Shown here one piece after another: positions 41,795 through 57,400 of a DNA stretch of 64,000 nt. The stretch covers positions 3,968,001 through 4,032,000 of the forward strand of contig OZ059897.1 in assembly GCA_964057225.1 (NCBI GenBank). Reading direction: 5' to 3'. The notes below the pieces were generated by a model. That model was not told the DNA's origin. It saw only the letters and a program-made list of their open reading frames with translations, and made no database searches. This DNA is from Auanema rhodensis (taxonomy: Eukaryota > Animalia > Nematoda). The first letter of the stretch is position 1, and the number at the start of each line of letters is the position of its first letter. Position numbers and translations under genes: made by a program.

Positions 41795-44700
41795 CTGATA
41801 TAGGTTCACACTTATATCCTCGATTTTCACCCTGAAGAATTAATTTTTTCGTTGAATAACATTGTCCATCGTCTTTGCCTTGAAAAAAGAAATCTAAAAA
41901 CATCTACTTTTTGTGAAATTATTCAGAAATTTTTCGGGAAAATTTTTGTCACAATGTTTTTGGAAGCAATGTTAAGTGTACATGGGAACTCAACACACAC
42001 TAATGCAATTTTTTTTCAAACGATCATAACTAATTTTTGTATAGAGCGTTTCTCAATGTAATATAGTGCATTCGATGCGGATTTTTAAGCTGCGTCGATC
42101 TGTGTTATCCGATTTGAGTTAGCTTAAAAATGCACCGAGATATCAACTGATATAGGTTCACACTTATATCCTCGATTTTCACCCTGAAGAATTAATTTTT
42201 TCGTTGAAAAACATTGTCCATCGTATTCGTCTTGAAAAAAAGAATCTAAAAACATCTACTTTTTGTGAAATTATTTAGAAATTTTTCGGGAAAATTTTTG
42301 TCAAAATGTTTTTGGAAGCAATGTTGAGTGTACATGGGAACTCAACATACACTAATGCATTATTTTTCAAACGATCATAACTAATTTTTGTATAGAGCGT
42401 TTCTCAATGTAGTATAGTGCATTCGATGCGGATTTTTAAGCTGCGTTGATCTGTGTTATCAGATTTGAGTTAACTTAAAAATGCACCGAGATATCAACTG
42501 ATATAGGTTCACACTTATATCCTCGATTTTCACCCTGAAGAAATGATTTTTTCGTTGAATAACATTGTCCATCGTCTTCGTCTTGAAAAAAGGAATCTAA
42601 AAACATCTACTTTTTGTGAAATTATTTAGAATTTTTTCGGGAAAATTTTTGTCAAAATGTTTTTGGAAGCAATGTTGAGTGTACATGGGAACTCAACATA
42701 CACTAATGCATTATTTTTCAAACGATCATAACTAATTTTTGTATAGAGCTTTTCTCAATGTAGTATAGTGCATTCGATGCGGATTTTTAAGCTGCGTTGA
42801 TCTGTGTTATCAGATTTGAGTTAACTTAAAAATGCACCGAGATATCAACTGATATAGGTTCACACTTATATCCTCGATTTTCACCCTGAAGAAATGATTT
42901 TTTCGTTGAAAAACATTGTCCATCGTATTCGTCTTGAAAAAAGGAATCTAAAAACATCTACTTTTTGTGAAATTATTTAGAAATTTTTCGAGAAAATTTT
43001 TGTCAAAATGTTTTTGGAAGCAATGTTGAGTGTACATGGGAACTCAACATACACTAATGCATTATTTTTCAAACGATCATAACTAATTTTTGTATAGAGC
43101 GTTTCTCAATGTAGTATAGTGCATTCGATGCGGATTTTTAAGCTGCGTTGATCTGTGTTATCAGATTTGAGTTAACTTAAAAATGCACCGAGATATCAAC
43201 TGATATATGTTCACACTTATATCCTCGATTTTCACCCTGAAGAAATGATTTTTTCGTTGAATAACATTGTCCATCGTCTTCGTCTTGAAAAAAGGAATCT
43301 AAAAACATCTACTTTTTGTGAAATTATTTAGAATTTTTTCGGGAAAATTTTTGTCAAAATGTTTTTGGAAGCAATGTTGAGTGTACATGGGAACTCAACA
43401 TACACTAATGCATTATTTTTCAAACGATCATAACTAATTTTTGTATTAAGCGTTTATCAATGTAGTATAGTGCATTCGATGCGGATTTTTAAGCTGCGTC
43501 GATCTGTGTTATCAGATTTGCGCTAGCTTGAAAATGCACCGAGATATCAACTGATATAGGTTCACACTTATATCCTTGATTTTCACCCTGAAGAATTAAT
43601 TTTTTCGTTGAATAACATTGTCCATCGTCTTTGCCTTGAAAAAAGGAATCTAAAAACATCTACTTTTTGTGAAATTATTCAGAAATTTTTCGGGAAAATT
43701 TTTGTCACAATGTTTTTGGAAGCAATGTTGAGTGTACATGGGAACTCAGCATACACTAATGCATTATTTTTCAAACGATCATAACTAATTTTTGTATAGA
43801 GCGTTTCTCAATGTAGTATAGTGCATTCGATGCGGATTTTTAAGCTGCGTTGATCTGTGTTATCAGATTTGCGCTAGCTTAAAAATGCACCGAGTAATCA
43901 ACTGATATAGGTTCACACTTATATCCTCGATTTTCACCCTGAAGAATTAATTTTTTCGTTGAATAACATTGTCCATCGTCTTTGCCTTGAAAAAAGAAAT
44001 CTAAAAACATCTACTTTTTGTGAAATTATTCAGAAATTTTTCGGGAAAATTTTTGTCACAATGTTTTTGGAAGCAATGTTAAGTGTACATGGGAACTCAA
44101 CACACACTAATGCAATTTTTTTTCAAACGATCATAACTAATTTTTGTATAGAGCGTTTCTCAATGTAGTATAGTGCATTCGATGCGGATTTTTAAGCTGC
44201 GTCGATCTGTGTTATCAGATTTGAGTTAACTTAAAAATGCACCGAGATATCAACTGATATAGGTTCACACTTATATCCTCGATTTTCACCCTGAAGAAAT
44301 GATTTTTTCGTTGAAAAACATTGTCCATCGTATTCGTCTTGAAAAAAGGAATCTAAAAACATCTACTTTTTGTGAAATTATTTAGAAATTTTTCGGGAAA
44401 ATTTTTGTCAAAATGTTTTTGGAAGCAATGTTGAGTGTACATGGGAACTCAACATACACTAATGCATTATTTTTCAAACGATCATAACTAATTTTTGTAT
44501 AGAGCGTTTCTCAATGTAGTATAGTGCATTCGATGCGGATTTTTAAGCTGCGTTGATCTGTGTTATCAGATTTGAGTTAACTTAAAAATGCACCGAGATA
44601 TCAACTGATATAGGTTCACACTTATATCCTCGATTTTCACCCTGAAGAAATGATTTTTTCGTTGAAAAACATTGTCCATCGTATTCGTCTTGAAAAAAGG

Positions 44701-47700
44701 AATCTAAAAACATCTACTTTTTGTGAAATTATTTAGAAATTTTTCGGGAAAATTTTTGTCAAAATGTTTTTGGAAGCAATGTTGAGTGTACATGGGAACT
44801 CAACATACACTAATGCATTATTTTTCAAACGATCATAACTAATTTTTGTATAGAGCGTTTCTCAATGTAGTATAGTGCATTCGATGCGGATTTTTAAGCT
44901 GCGTTGATCTGTGTTATCAGATTTGAGTTAACTTAAAAATGCACCGAGATATCAACTGATATATGTTCACACTTATATCCTCGATTTTCACCCTGAAGAA
45001 ATGATTTTTTCGTTGAATAACATTGTCCATCGTCTTCGTCTTGAAAAAAGGAATCTAAAAACATCTACTTTTTGTGAAATTATTTAGAATTTTTTCGGGA
45101 AAATTTTTGTCAAAATGTTTTTGGAAGCAATGTTGAGTGTACATGGGAACTCAACATACACTAATGCATTATTTTTCAAACGATCATAACTAATTTTTGT
45201 ATAGAGCGTTTTTCAATGTAGTATAGTGCATTCGATGCGGATTTTTAAGCTGCGTTGATCTGTGTTATCAGATTTGAGTTAACTTAAAAATGCACCGAGA
45301 TATCAACTGATATAGGTTCACACTTATATCCTCGATTTTCACCCTGAAGAAATGATTTTTTCGTTGAATAACATTGTCCATCGTCTTCGTCTTGAAAAAA
45401 GGAATCTAAAAACATCTACTTTTTGTGAAATTATTTAGAATTTTTTCGGGAAAATTTTTGTCAAAATGTTTTTGGAAGCAATGTTGAGTGTACATGGGAA
45501 CTCAACATACACTAATGCATTATTTTTCAAACGATCATAACTAATTTTTGTATTAAGCGTTTATCAATGTAGTATAGTGCATTCGATGCGGATTTTTAAG
45601 CTGCGTCGATCTGTGTTATCAGATTTGCGCTAGCTTGAAAATGCACCGAGATATCAACTGATATAGGTTCACACTTATATCCTCGATTTTCACCCTGAAG
45701 AATTAATTTTTTCGTTGAATAACATTGTCCATCGTCTTTGCCTTGAAAAAAGGAATCTAAAAACATCTACTTTTTGTGAAATTATTCAGAAATTTTTCGG
45801 GAAAATTTTTGTCACAATGTTTTTGGAAGCAATGTTGAGTGTACATGGGAACTCAGCATACACTAATGCATTATTTTCCAAACGATCATAACTAATTTTT
45901 GTATAGAGCGTTTCTCAATGTAGTATAGTGCATTCGATGCGGATTGCTAAGCTGCGTTGATCTGTGTTATCAGATTTGCGCTAGCTTAAAAATGCACCGA
46001 GTAATCAACTGATATAGGTTCACACTTATATCCTCGATTTTCACCCTGAAGAATTAATTTTTTCGTTGAATAACATTGTCCATCGTCTTTGCCTTGAAAA
46101 AAGAAATCTAAAAACATCTACTTTTTGTGAAATTATTCAGAAATTTTTCGGGAAAATTTTTGTCACAATGTTTTTGGAAGCAATGTTAAGTGTACATGGG
46201 AACTCAACACACACTAATGCAATTTTTTTTCAAACGATCATAACTAATTTTTGTATAGAGCGTTTCTCAATGTAATATAGTGCATTCGATGCGGATTTTT
46301 AAGCTGCGTCGATCTGTGTTATCCGATTTGAGTTAGCTTAAAAATGCACCGAGATATCAACTGATATAGGTTCACACTTATATCCTCGATTTTCACCCTG
46401 AAGAATTAATTTTTTCGTTGAAAAACATTGTCCATCGTATTCGTCTTGAAAAAAAGAATCTAAAAACATCTACTTTTTGTGAAATTATTTAGAAATTTTT
46501 CGGGAAAATTTTTGTCAAAATGTTTTTGGAAGCAATGTTGAGTGTACATGGGAACTCAACATACACTAATGCATTATTTTTCAAACGATCATAACTAATT
46601 TTTGTATAGAGCGTTTCTCAATGTAGTATAGTGCATTCGATGCGGATTTTTAAGCTGCGTTGATCTGTGTTATCAGATTTGAGTTAACTTAAAAATGCAC
46701 CGAGATATCAACTGATATAGGTTCACACTTATATCCTCGATTTTCACCCTGAAGAAATGATTTTTTCGTTGAATAACATTGTCCATCGTCTTCGTCTTGA
46801 AAAAAGGAATCTAAAAACATCTACTTTTTGTGAAATTATTTAGAATTTTTTCGGGAAAATTTTTGTCAAAATGTTTTTGGAAGCAATGTTGAGTGTACAT
46901 GGGAACTCAACATACACTAATGCATTATTTTTCAAACGATCATAACTAATTTTTGTATAGAGCGTTTCTCAATGTAGTATAGTGCATTCGATGCGGATTT
47001 TTAAGCTGCGTTGATCTGTGTTATCAGATTTGAGTTAACTTAAAAATGCACCGAGATATCAACTGATATAGGTTCACACTTATATCCTCGATTTTCACCC
47101 TGAAGAAATGATTTTTTCGTTGAAAAACATTGTCCATCGTATTCGTCTTGAAAAAAGGAATCTAAAAACATCTACTTTTTGTGAAATTATTTAGAAATTT
47201 TTCGAGAAAATTTTTGTCAAAATGTTTTTGGAAGCAATGTTGAGTGTACATGGGAACTCAACATACACTAATGCATTATTTTTCAAACGATCATAACTAA
47301 TTTTTGTATAGAGCGTTTCTCAATGTAGTATAGTGCATTCGATGCGGATTTTTAAGCTGCGTTGATCTGTGTTATCAGATTTGAGTTAACTTAAAAATGC
47401 ACCGAGATATCAACTGATATATGTTCACACTTATATCCTCGATTTTCACCCTGAAGAAATGATTTTTTCGTTGAATAACATTGTCCATCGTCTTCGTCTT
47501 GAAAAAAGGAATCTAAAAACATCTACTTTTTGTGAAATTATTTAGAATTTTTTCGGGAAAATTTTTGTCAAAATGTTTTTGGAAGCAATGTTGAGTGTAC
47601 ATGGGAACTCAACATACACTAATGCATTATTTTTCAAACGATCATAACTAATTTTTGTATTAAGCGTTTATCAATGTAGTATAGTGCATTCGATGCGGAT

Positions 47701-48430
47701 TTTTAAGCTGCGTCGATCTGTGTTATCAGATTTGCGCTAGCTTGAAAATGCACCGAGATATCAACTGATATAGGTTCACACTTATATCCTCGATTTTCAC
47801 CCTGAAGAATTAATTTTTTCGTTGAATAACATTGTCCATCGTCTTTGCCTTGAAAAAAGGAATCTAAAAACATCTACTTTTTGTGAAATTATTCAGAAAT
47901 TTTTCGGGAAAATTTTTGTCACAATGTTTTTGGAAGCAATGTTGAGTGTACATGGGAACTCAGCATACACTAATGCATTATTTTTCAAACGATCATAACT
48001 AATTTTTGTATAGAGCGTTTCTCAATGTAGTATAGTGCATTCGATGCGGATTTTTAAGCTGCGTTGATCTGTGTTATCAGATTTGCGCTAGCTTAAAAAT
48101 GCACCGAGTAATCAACTGATATAGGTTCACACTTATATCCTCGATTTTCACCCTGAAGAATTAATTTTTTCGTTGAATAACATTGTCCATCGTCTTTGCC
48201 TTGAAAAAAGAAATCTAAAAACATCTACTTTTTGTGAAATTATTCAGAAATTTTTCGGGAAAATTTTTGTCACAATGTTTTTGGAAGCAATGTTAAGTGT
48301 ACATGGGAACTCAACACACACTAATGCAATTTTTTTTCAAACGATCATAACTAATTTTTGTATAGAGCGTTTCTCAATGTAGTATAGTGCATTCGATGCG
48401 GATTTTTAAGCTGCGTCGATCTGTGTTATC
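41795..48430 (+). repeat. 6-monomer (2107 bp) periodic region with a superimposed 12-monomer-offset (4214 bp) duplication
   Basis: 352-bp variant monomers at 41852, 43959, 46066 and 48173 (2107 spacing). TGTAATATAG (42061 and 46275) and TTCGAGAAAA (42991 and 47205) are shared here only at the 4214 offset. Confidence 0.85.
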
Positions 48431-51400
48431 CGATTTGAGTTAGCTTAAAAATGCACCGAGATATCAACTGATATAGGTTCACACTTATATCCTCGATTTT
48501 CACCCTGAAGAATTAATTTTTTCGTTGAAAAACATTGTCCATCGTATTCGTCTTGAAAAAAAGGAATCTAAAAACATCTACATTTTGTGAAATTATTTAG
48601 AAATTTTTCGGGAAAATTTTTGTCAAAATGTTTTTGGAAGCAATGTTGAGTGTACATGGGAACTCAACATACACTAATGCATTATTTTTCAAACGATCAT
48701 AACTAATTTTTGTATAGAGCGTTTCTCAATGTAGTATAGTGCATTCGATGCGGATTTTTAAGCTGCGTTGATCTGTGTTATCAGATTTGAGTTAACTTAA
48801 AAATGCACCGAGATATCAACTGATATAAGTTCACACTTATATCCTCGATTTTCACCCTGAAGAAATGATTTTTTCGTTGAAAAACATTGTCCATCGTATT
48901 CGTCTTGAAAAAAGGAATCTAAAAACATCTACTTTTTGTGAAATTATTTAGAAATTTTTCGGGAAAATTTTTGTCAAAATGTTTTTGGAAGCAATGTTGA
49001 GTGTACATGGGAACTCAACATACACTAATGCATTATTTTTCAAACGATCATAACTAATTTTTGTATAGAGCGTTTCTCAATGTAGTATAGTGCATTCGAT
49101 GCGGATTTTTGAGCTGCGTTGATCTGTGTTATCAGATTTGAGTTAACTTAAAAATGCACCGAGATATCAACTGATATAGGTTCACACTTATATCCTCGAT
49201 TTTCACCCTGAAGAAATGATTTTTTCGTTGAAAAACATTGTCCATCGTATTCGTCTTGAAAAAAAGGAATCTAAAAACATCTACATTTTGTGAAATTATT
49301 TAGAAATTTTTCGGGAAAATTTTTGTCAAAATGTTTTTGGAAGCAATGTTGAGTGTACATGGGAACTCAACATACACTAATGCATTATTTTTCAAACGAT
49401 CATAACTAATTTTTGTGTAGAGCGTTTCTCAATGTAGTATAGTGCATTCGATGCGGATTTTTAAGCTGCGTTGATCTGTGTTATCAGATTTGAGTTAACT
49501 TAAAAATGCACCGAGATATCAACTGATATAGGTTCACACTTATATCCTCGATTTTCACCCTGAAGAAATGATTTTTTCGTTGAAAAACATTGTCCATCGT
49601 ATTCGTCTTGAAAAAAAGGAATCTAAAAACATCTACATTTTGTGAAATTATTTAGAAATTTTTCGGGAAAATTTTTGTCAAAATGTTTTTGGAAGCAATG
49701 TTGAGTGTACATGGGAACTCAACATACACTAATGCATTATTTTTCAAACGATCATAACTAATTTTTGTATAGAGCGTTTCTCAATGTAGTATAGTGCATT
49801 CGATGCGGATTTTTAAGCTGCGTTGATCTGTGTTATCAGATTTGAGTTAACTTAAAAATGCACCGAGATATCAACTGATATATGTTCACACTTATATCCT
49901 CGATTTTCACCCTGAAGAAATGATTTTTTCGTTGAATAACATTGTCCATCGTCTTCGTCTTGAAAAAAGGAATCTAAAAACATCTACTTTTTGTGAAATT
50001 ATTTAGAATTTTTTCGGGAAAATTTTTGTCAAAATGTTTTTGGAAGCAATGTTGAGTGTACATGGGAACTCAACATACACTAATGCATTATTTTTCAAAC
50101 GATCATAACTAATTTTTGTATTAAGCGTTTATCAATGTAGTATAGTGCATTCGATGCGGATTTTTAAGCTGCGTCGATCTGTGTTATCAGATTTGCGCTA
50201 GCTTGAAAATGCACCGAGATATCAACTGATATATGTTCACACTTATATCCTCGATTTTCACCCTGAAGAATTAATGTTTTCGTTGAATAACATTGTCCAT
50301 CGTCTTTGCCTTGAAAAAAGGAATCTAAAAACATCTACTTTTTGTGAAATTATTCAGAAATTTTTCGGGAAAATTTTTGTCACAATGTTTTTGGAAGCAA
50401 TGTTGAGTGTACATGGGAACTCAGCATACACTAATGCATTATTTTTCAAACGATCATAACTAATTTTTGTATAGAGCGTTTCTCAATGTAGTATAGTGCA
50501 TTCGATGCGGATTTTTAAGCTGCGTTGATCTGTGTTATCAGATTTGCGCTAGCTTAAAAATGCACCGAGTAATCAACTGATATAGGTTCACACTTATATC
50601 CTCGATTTTCACCCTGAAGAATTAATTTTTTCGTTGAATAACATTGTCCATCGTCTTTGCCTTGAAAAAAGAAATCTAAAAACATCTACTTTTTGTGAAA
50701 TTATTCAGAAACTTTTCGGGAAAATTTTTGTCACAATGTTTTTGGAAGCAATGTTAAGTGTACATGGGAACTCAACACACACTAATGCAATTTTTTTTCA
50801 AACGATCATAACTAATTTTTGTATAGAGCGTTTCTCAATGTAGTATAGTGCATTCGATGCGGATTTTTAAGCTGCGTCGATCTGTGTTATCCGATTTGAG
50901 TTAGCTTAAAAATGCACCGAGATATCAACTGATATAGGTTCACACTTATATCCTCGATTTTCACCCTGAAGAATTAATTTTTTCGTTGAAAAACATTGTC
51001 CATCGTATTCGTCTTGAAAAAAAGAATCTAAAAACATCTACTTTTTGTGAAATTATTTAGAAATTTTTCGGGAAAATTTTTGTCAAAATGTTTTTGGAAG
51101 CAATGTTGAGTGTACATGGGAACTCAACATACACTAATGCATTATTTTTCAAACGATCATAACTAATTTTTGTATAGAGCGTTTCTCAATGTAGTATAGT
51201 GCATTCGATGCGGATTTTTAAGCTGCGTTGATCTGTGTTATCAGATTTGAGTTAACTTAAAAATGCACCGAGATATCAACTGATATAGGTTCACACTTAT
51301 ATCCTCGATTTTCACCCTGAAGAAATGATTTTTTCGTTGAATAACATTGTCCATCGTCTTTGCCTTGAAAAAAGAAATCTAAAAACATCTACTTTTTGTG

Positions 51401-54400
51401 AAATTATTCAGAAACTTTTCGGGAAAATTTTTGTCACAATGTTTTTGGAAGCAATGTTAAGTGTACATGGGAACTCAACACACACTAATGCAATTTTTTT
51501 TCAAACGATCATAACTAATTTTTGTATAGAGCGTTTCTCAATGTAGTATAGTGCATTCGATGCGGATTTTTAAGCTGCGTCGATCTGTGTTATCCGATTT
51601 GAGTTAGCTTAAAAATGCACCGAGATATCAACTGATATAGGTTCACACTTATATCCTCGATTTTCACCCTGAAGAATTAATTTTTTCGTTGAAAAACATT
51701 GTCCATCGTATTCGTCTTGAAAAAAAGAATCTAAAAACATCTACTTTTTGTGAAATTATTTAGAAATTTTTCGGGAAAATTTTTGTCAAAATGTTTTTGG
51801 AAGCAATGTTGAGTGTACATGGGAACTCAACATACACTAATGCATTATTTTTCAAACGATCATAACTAATTTTTGTATAGAGCGTTTCTCAATGTAGTAT
51901 AGTGCATTCGATGCGGATTTTTAAGCTGCGTTGATCTGTGTTATCAGATTTGAGTTAACTTAAAAATGCACCGAGATATCAACTGATATAGGTTCACACT
52001 TATATCCTCGATTTTCACCCTGAAGAAATGATTTTTTCGTTGAAAAACATTGTCCATCGTATTCGTCTTGAAAAAAGGAATCTAAAAACATCTACTTTTT
52101 GTGAAATTATTTAGAAATTTTTCGGGAAAATTTTTGTCAAAATGTTTTTGGAAGCAATGTTGAGTGTACATGGGAACTCAACATACACTAATGCATTATT
52201 TTTCAAACGATCATAACTAATTTTTGTATAGAGCGTTTCTCATTGTAGTATAGTGCATTCGATGCGGATTTTTAAGCTGCGTTGATCTGTGTTATCAGAT
52301 TTGAGTTAACTTAAAAATGCACCGAGATATCAACTGATATATGTTCACACTTATATCCTCGATTTTCACCCTGAAGAAATGATTTTTTCGTTGAATAACA
52401 TTGTCCATCGTCTTCGTCTTGAAAAAAGGAATCTAAAAACATCTACTTTTTGTGAAATTATTTAGAATTTTTTCGGGAAAATTTTTGTCAAAATGTTTTT
52501 GGAAGCAATGTTGAGTGTACATGGGAACTCAACATACACTAATGCATTATTTTTCAAACGATCATAACTAATTTTTGTATTAAGCGTTTATCAATGTAGT
52601 ATAGTGCATTCGATGCGGATTTTTAAGCTGCGTCGATCTGTGTTATCAGATTTGCGCTAGCTTGAAAATACACCGAGATATCAACTGATATAGGTTCACA
52701 CTTATATCCTCGATTTTCACCCTGAAGAATTAATTTTTTCGTTGAATAACATTGTCCATCGTCTTTGCCTTGAAAAAAGGAATCTAAAAACATCTACTTT
52801 TTGTGAAATTATTCAGAAATTTTTCGGGAAAATTTTTGTCACAATGTTTTTGGAAGCAATGTTGAGTGTACATGGGAACTCAGCATACACTAATGCATTA
52901 TTTTTCAAACGATCATAACTAATTTTTGTATAGAGCGTTTCTCAATGTAGTATAGTGCATTCGATGCGGATTTTTAAGCTGCGTTGATCTGTGTTATCAG
53001 ATTTGCGCTAGCTTAAAAATGCACCGAGTAATCAACTGATATAGGTTCACACTTATATCCTCGATTTTCACCCTGAAGAATTAATTTTTTCGTTGAATAA
53101 CATTGTCCATCGTCTTTGCCTTGAAAAAAGAAATCTAAAAACATCTACTTTTTGTGAAATTATTCAGAAATTTTTCGGGAAAATTTTTGTCACAATGTTT
53201 TTGGAAGCAATGTTAAGTGTACATGGGAACTCAACACACACTAATGCAATTTTTTTTCAAACGATCATAACTAATTTTTGTATAGAGCGTTTCTCAATGT
53301 AGTATAGTGCATTCGATGCGGATTTTTAAGCTGCGTCGATCTGTGTTATCCGATTTGAGTTAGCTTAAAAATGCACCGAGATATCAACTGATATAGGTTC
53401 ACACTTATATCCTCGATTTTCACCCTGAAGAATTAATTTTTTCGTTGAAAAACATTGTCCATCGTATTCGTCTTGAAAAAAAGAATCTAAAAACATCTAC
53501 TTTTTGTGAAATTATTTAGAAATTTTTCGGGAAAATTTTTGTCAAAATGTTTTTGGAAGCAATGTTGAGTGTACATGGGAACTCAACATACACTAATGCA
53601 TTATTTTTCAAACGATCATAACTAATTTTTGTATAGAGCGTTTCTCAATGTAGTATAGTGCATTCGATGCGGATTTTTAAGCTGCGTCGATCTGTGTTAT
53701 CCGATTTGAGTTAGCTTAAAAATGCACCGAGATATCAACTGATATAGGTTCACACTTATATCCTCGATTTTCACCCTGAAGAATTAATTTTTTCGTTGAA
53801 AAACATTGTCCATCGTATTCGTCTTGAAAAAAAGAATCTAAAAACATCTACTTTTTGTGAAATTATTTAGAAATTTTTCGGGAAAATTTTTGTCAAAATG
53901 TTTTTGGAAGCAATGTTGAGTGTACATGGGAACTCAGCATACACTAATGCATTATTTTTCAAACGATCATAACTAATTTTTGTATAGAGCGTTTCTCAAT
54001 GTAGTATAGTGCATTCGATGCGGATTTTTAAGCTGCGTTGATCTGTGTTATCAGATTTGCGCTAGCTTAAAAATGCACCGAGTAATCAACTGATATAGGT
54101 TCACACTTATATCCTCGATTTTCACCCTGAAGAATTAATTTTTTCGTTGAATAACATTGTCCATCGTCTTTGCCTTGAAAAAAGAAATCTAAAAACATCT
54201 ACTTTTTGTGAAATTATTCAGAAATTTTTCGGGAAAATTTTTGTCACAATGTTTTTGGAAGCAATGTTAAGTGTACATGGGAACTCAACACACACTAATG
54301 CAATTTTTTTTCAAACGATCATAACTAATTTTTGTATAGAGCGTTTCTCAATGTAGTATAGTGCATTCGATGCGGATTTTTAAGCTGCGTCGATCTGTGT

Positions 54401-57400
54401 TATCCGATTTGAGTTAGCTTAAAAATGCACCGAGATATCAACTGATATAGGTTCACACTTATATCCTCGATTTTCACCCTGAAGAATTAATTTTTTCGTT
54501 GAAAAACATTGTCCATCGTATTCGTCTTGAAAAAAAGAATCTAAAAACATCTACTTTTTGTGAAATTATTTAGAAATTTTTCGGGAAAATTTTTGTCAAA
54601 ATGTTTTTGGAAGCAATGTTGAGTGTACATGGGAACTCAACATACACTAATGCATTATTTTTCAAACGATCATAACTAATTTTTGTATAGAGCGTTTCTC
54701 AATGTAGTATAGTGCATTCGATGCGGATTTTTAAGCTGCGTCGATCTGTGTTATCCGATTTGAGTTAGCTTAAAAATGCACCGAGATATCAACTGATATA
54801 GGTTCACACTTATATCCTCGATTTTCACCCTGAAGAATTAATTTTTTCGTTGAAAAACATTGTCCATCGTATTCGTCTTGAAAAAAAGAATCTAAAAACA
54901 TCTACTTTTTGTGAAATTATTTAGAAATTTTTCGGGAAAATTTTTGTCAAAATGTTTTTGGAAGCAATGTTGAGTGTACATGGGAACTCAACATACACTA
55001 ATGCATTATTTTTCAAACGATCATAACTAATTTTTGTATAGAGCGTTTCTCAATGTAGTATAGTGCATTCGATGCGGATTTTTAAGCTGCGTTGATCTGT
55101 GTTATCAGATTTGAGTTAACTTAAAAATGCACCGAGATATCAACTGATATAGGTTCACACTTATATCCTCGATTTTCACCCTGAAGAAATGATTTTTTCG
55201 TTGAAAAACATTGTCCATCGTATTCGTCTTGAAAAAAGGAATCTAAAAACATCTACTTTTTGTGAAATTATTTAGAAATTTTTCGGGAAAATTTTTGTCA
55301 AAATGTTTTTGGAAGCAATGTTGAGTGTACATGGGAACTCAACATACACTAATGCATTATTTTTCAAACGATCATAACTAATTTTTGTATAGAGCGTTTC
55401 TCAATGTAGTATAGTGCATTCGATGCGGATTTTTAAGCTGCGTTGATCTGTGTTATCAGATTTGAGTTAACTTAAAAATGCACCGAGATATCAACTGATA
55501 TAGGTTCACACTTATATCCTCGATTTTCACCCTGAAGAAATGATTTTTTCGTTGAAAAACATTGTCCATCGTATTCGTCTTGAAAAAAGGAATCTAAAAA
55601 CATCTACTTTTTGTGAAATTATTTAGAAATTTTTCGGGAAAATTTTTGTCAAAATGTTTTTGGAAGCAATGTTGAGTGTACATGGGAACTCAACATACAC
55701 TAATGCATTATTTTTCAAACGATCATAACTAATTTTTGTATAGAGCGTTTCTCATTGTAGTATAGTGCATTCGATGCGGATTTTTAAGCTGCGTTGATCT
55801 GTGTTATCAGATTTGCGCTAGCTTAAAAATGCACCGAGTAATCAACTGATATAGGTTCACACTTATATCCTCGATTTTCACCCTGAAGAATTAATTTTTT
55901 CGTTGAATAACATTGTCCATCGTCTTTGCCTTGAAAAAAGGAATCTAAAAACATCTACTTTTTGTGAAATTATTCAGAAATTTTTCGGGAAAATTTTTGT
56001 CACAATGTTTTTGGAAGCAATGTTGAGTGTACATGGGAACTCAGCATACACTAATGCATTATTTTTCAAACGATCATAACTAATTTTTGTATAGAGCGTT
56101 TCTCAATGTAGTATAGTGCATTCGATGCGGATTTTTAAGCTGCGTTGATCTGTGTTATCAGATTTGCGCTAGCTTAAAAATGCACCGAGTAATCAACTGA
56201 TATAGGTTCACACTTATATCCTCGATTTTCACCCTGAAGAATTAATTTTTTCGTTGAATAACATTGTCCATCGTCTTTGCCTTGAAAAAAGAAATCTAAA
56301 AACATCTACTTTTTGTGAAATTATTCAGAAATTTTTCGGGAAAATTTTTGTCACAATGTTTTTGGAAGCAATGTTAAGTGTACATGGGAACTCAACACAC
56401 ACTAATGCAATTTTTTTTCAAACGATCATAACTAATTTTTGTATAGAGCGTTTCTCAATGTAGTATAGTGCATTCGATGCGGATTTTTAAGCTGCGTCGA
56501 TCTGTGTTATCCGATTTGAGTTAGCTTAAAAATGCACCGAGATATCAACTGATATAGGTTCACACTTATATCCTCGATTTTCACCCTGAAGAATTAATTT
56601 TTTCGTTGAAAAACATTGTCCATCGTATTCGTCTTGAAAAAAAGAATCTAAAAACATCTACTTTTTGTGAAATTATTTAGAAATTTTTCGGGAAAATTTT
56701 TGTCAAAATGTTTTTGGAAGCAATGTTGAGTGTACATGGGAACTCAACATACACTAATGCATTATTTTTCAAACGATCATAACTAATTTTTGTATAGAGC
56801 GTTTCTCAATGTAGTATAGTGCATTCGATGCGGATTTTTAAGCTGCGTTGATCTGTGTTATCAGATTTGAGTTAACTTAAAAATGCACCGAGATATCAAC
56901 TGATATAGGTTCACACTTATATCCTCGATTTTCACCCTGAAGAAATGATTTTTTCGTTGAAAAACATTGTCCATCGTATTCGTCTTGAAAAAAGGAATCT
57001 AAAAACATCTACTTTTTGTGAAATTATTTAGAAATTTTTCGGGAAAATTTTTGTCAAAATGTTTTTGGAAGCAATGTTGAGTGTACATGGGAACTCAACA
57101 TACACTAATGCATTATTTTTCAAACGATCATAACTAATTTTTGTATAGAGCGTTTCTCAATGTAGTATAGTGCATTCGATGCGGATTTTTAAGCTGCGTT
57201 GATCTGTGTTATCAGATTTGAGTTAACTTAAAAATGCACCGAGATATCAACTGATATATGTTCACACTTATATCCTCGATTTTCACCCTGAAGAATTAAT
57301 TTTTTCGTTGAAAAACATTGTCCATCGTATTCGTCTTGAAAAAAAGAATCTAAAAACATCTACTTTTTGTGAAATTATTCAGAAACTTTTCGGGAAAATT

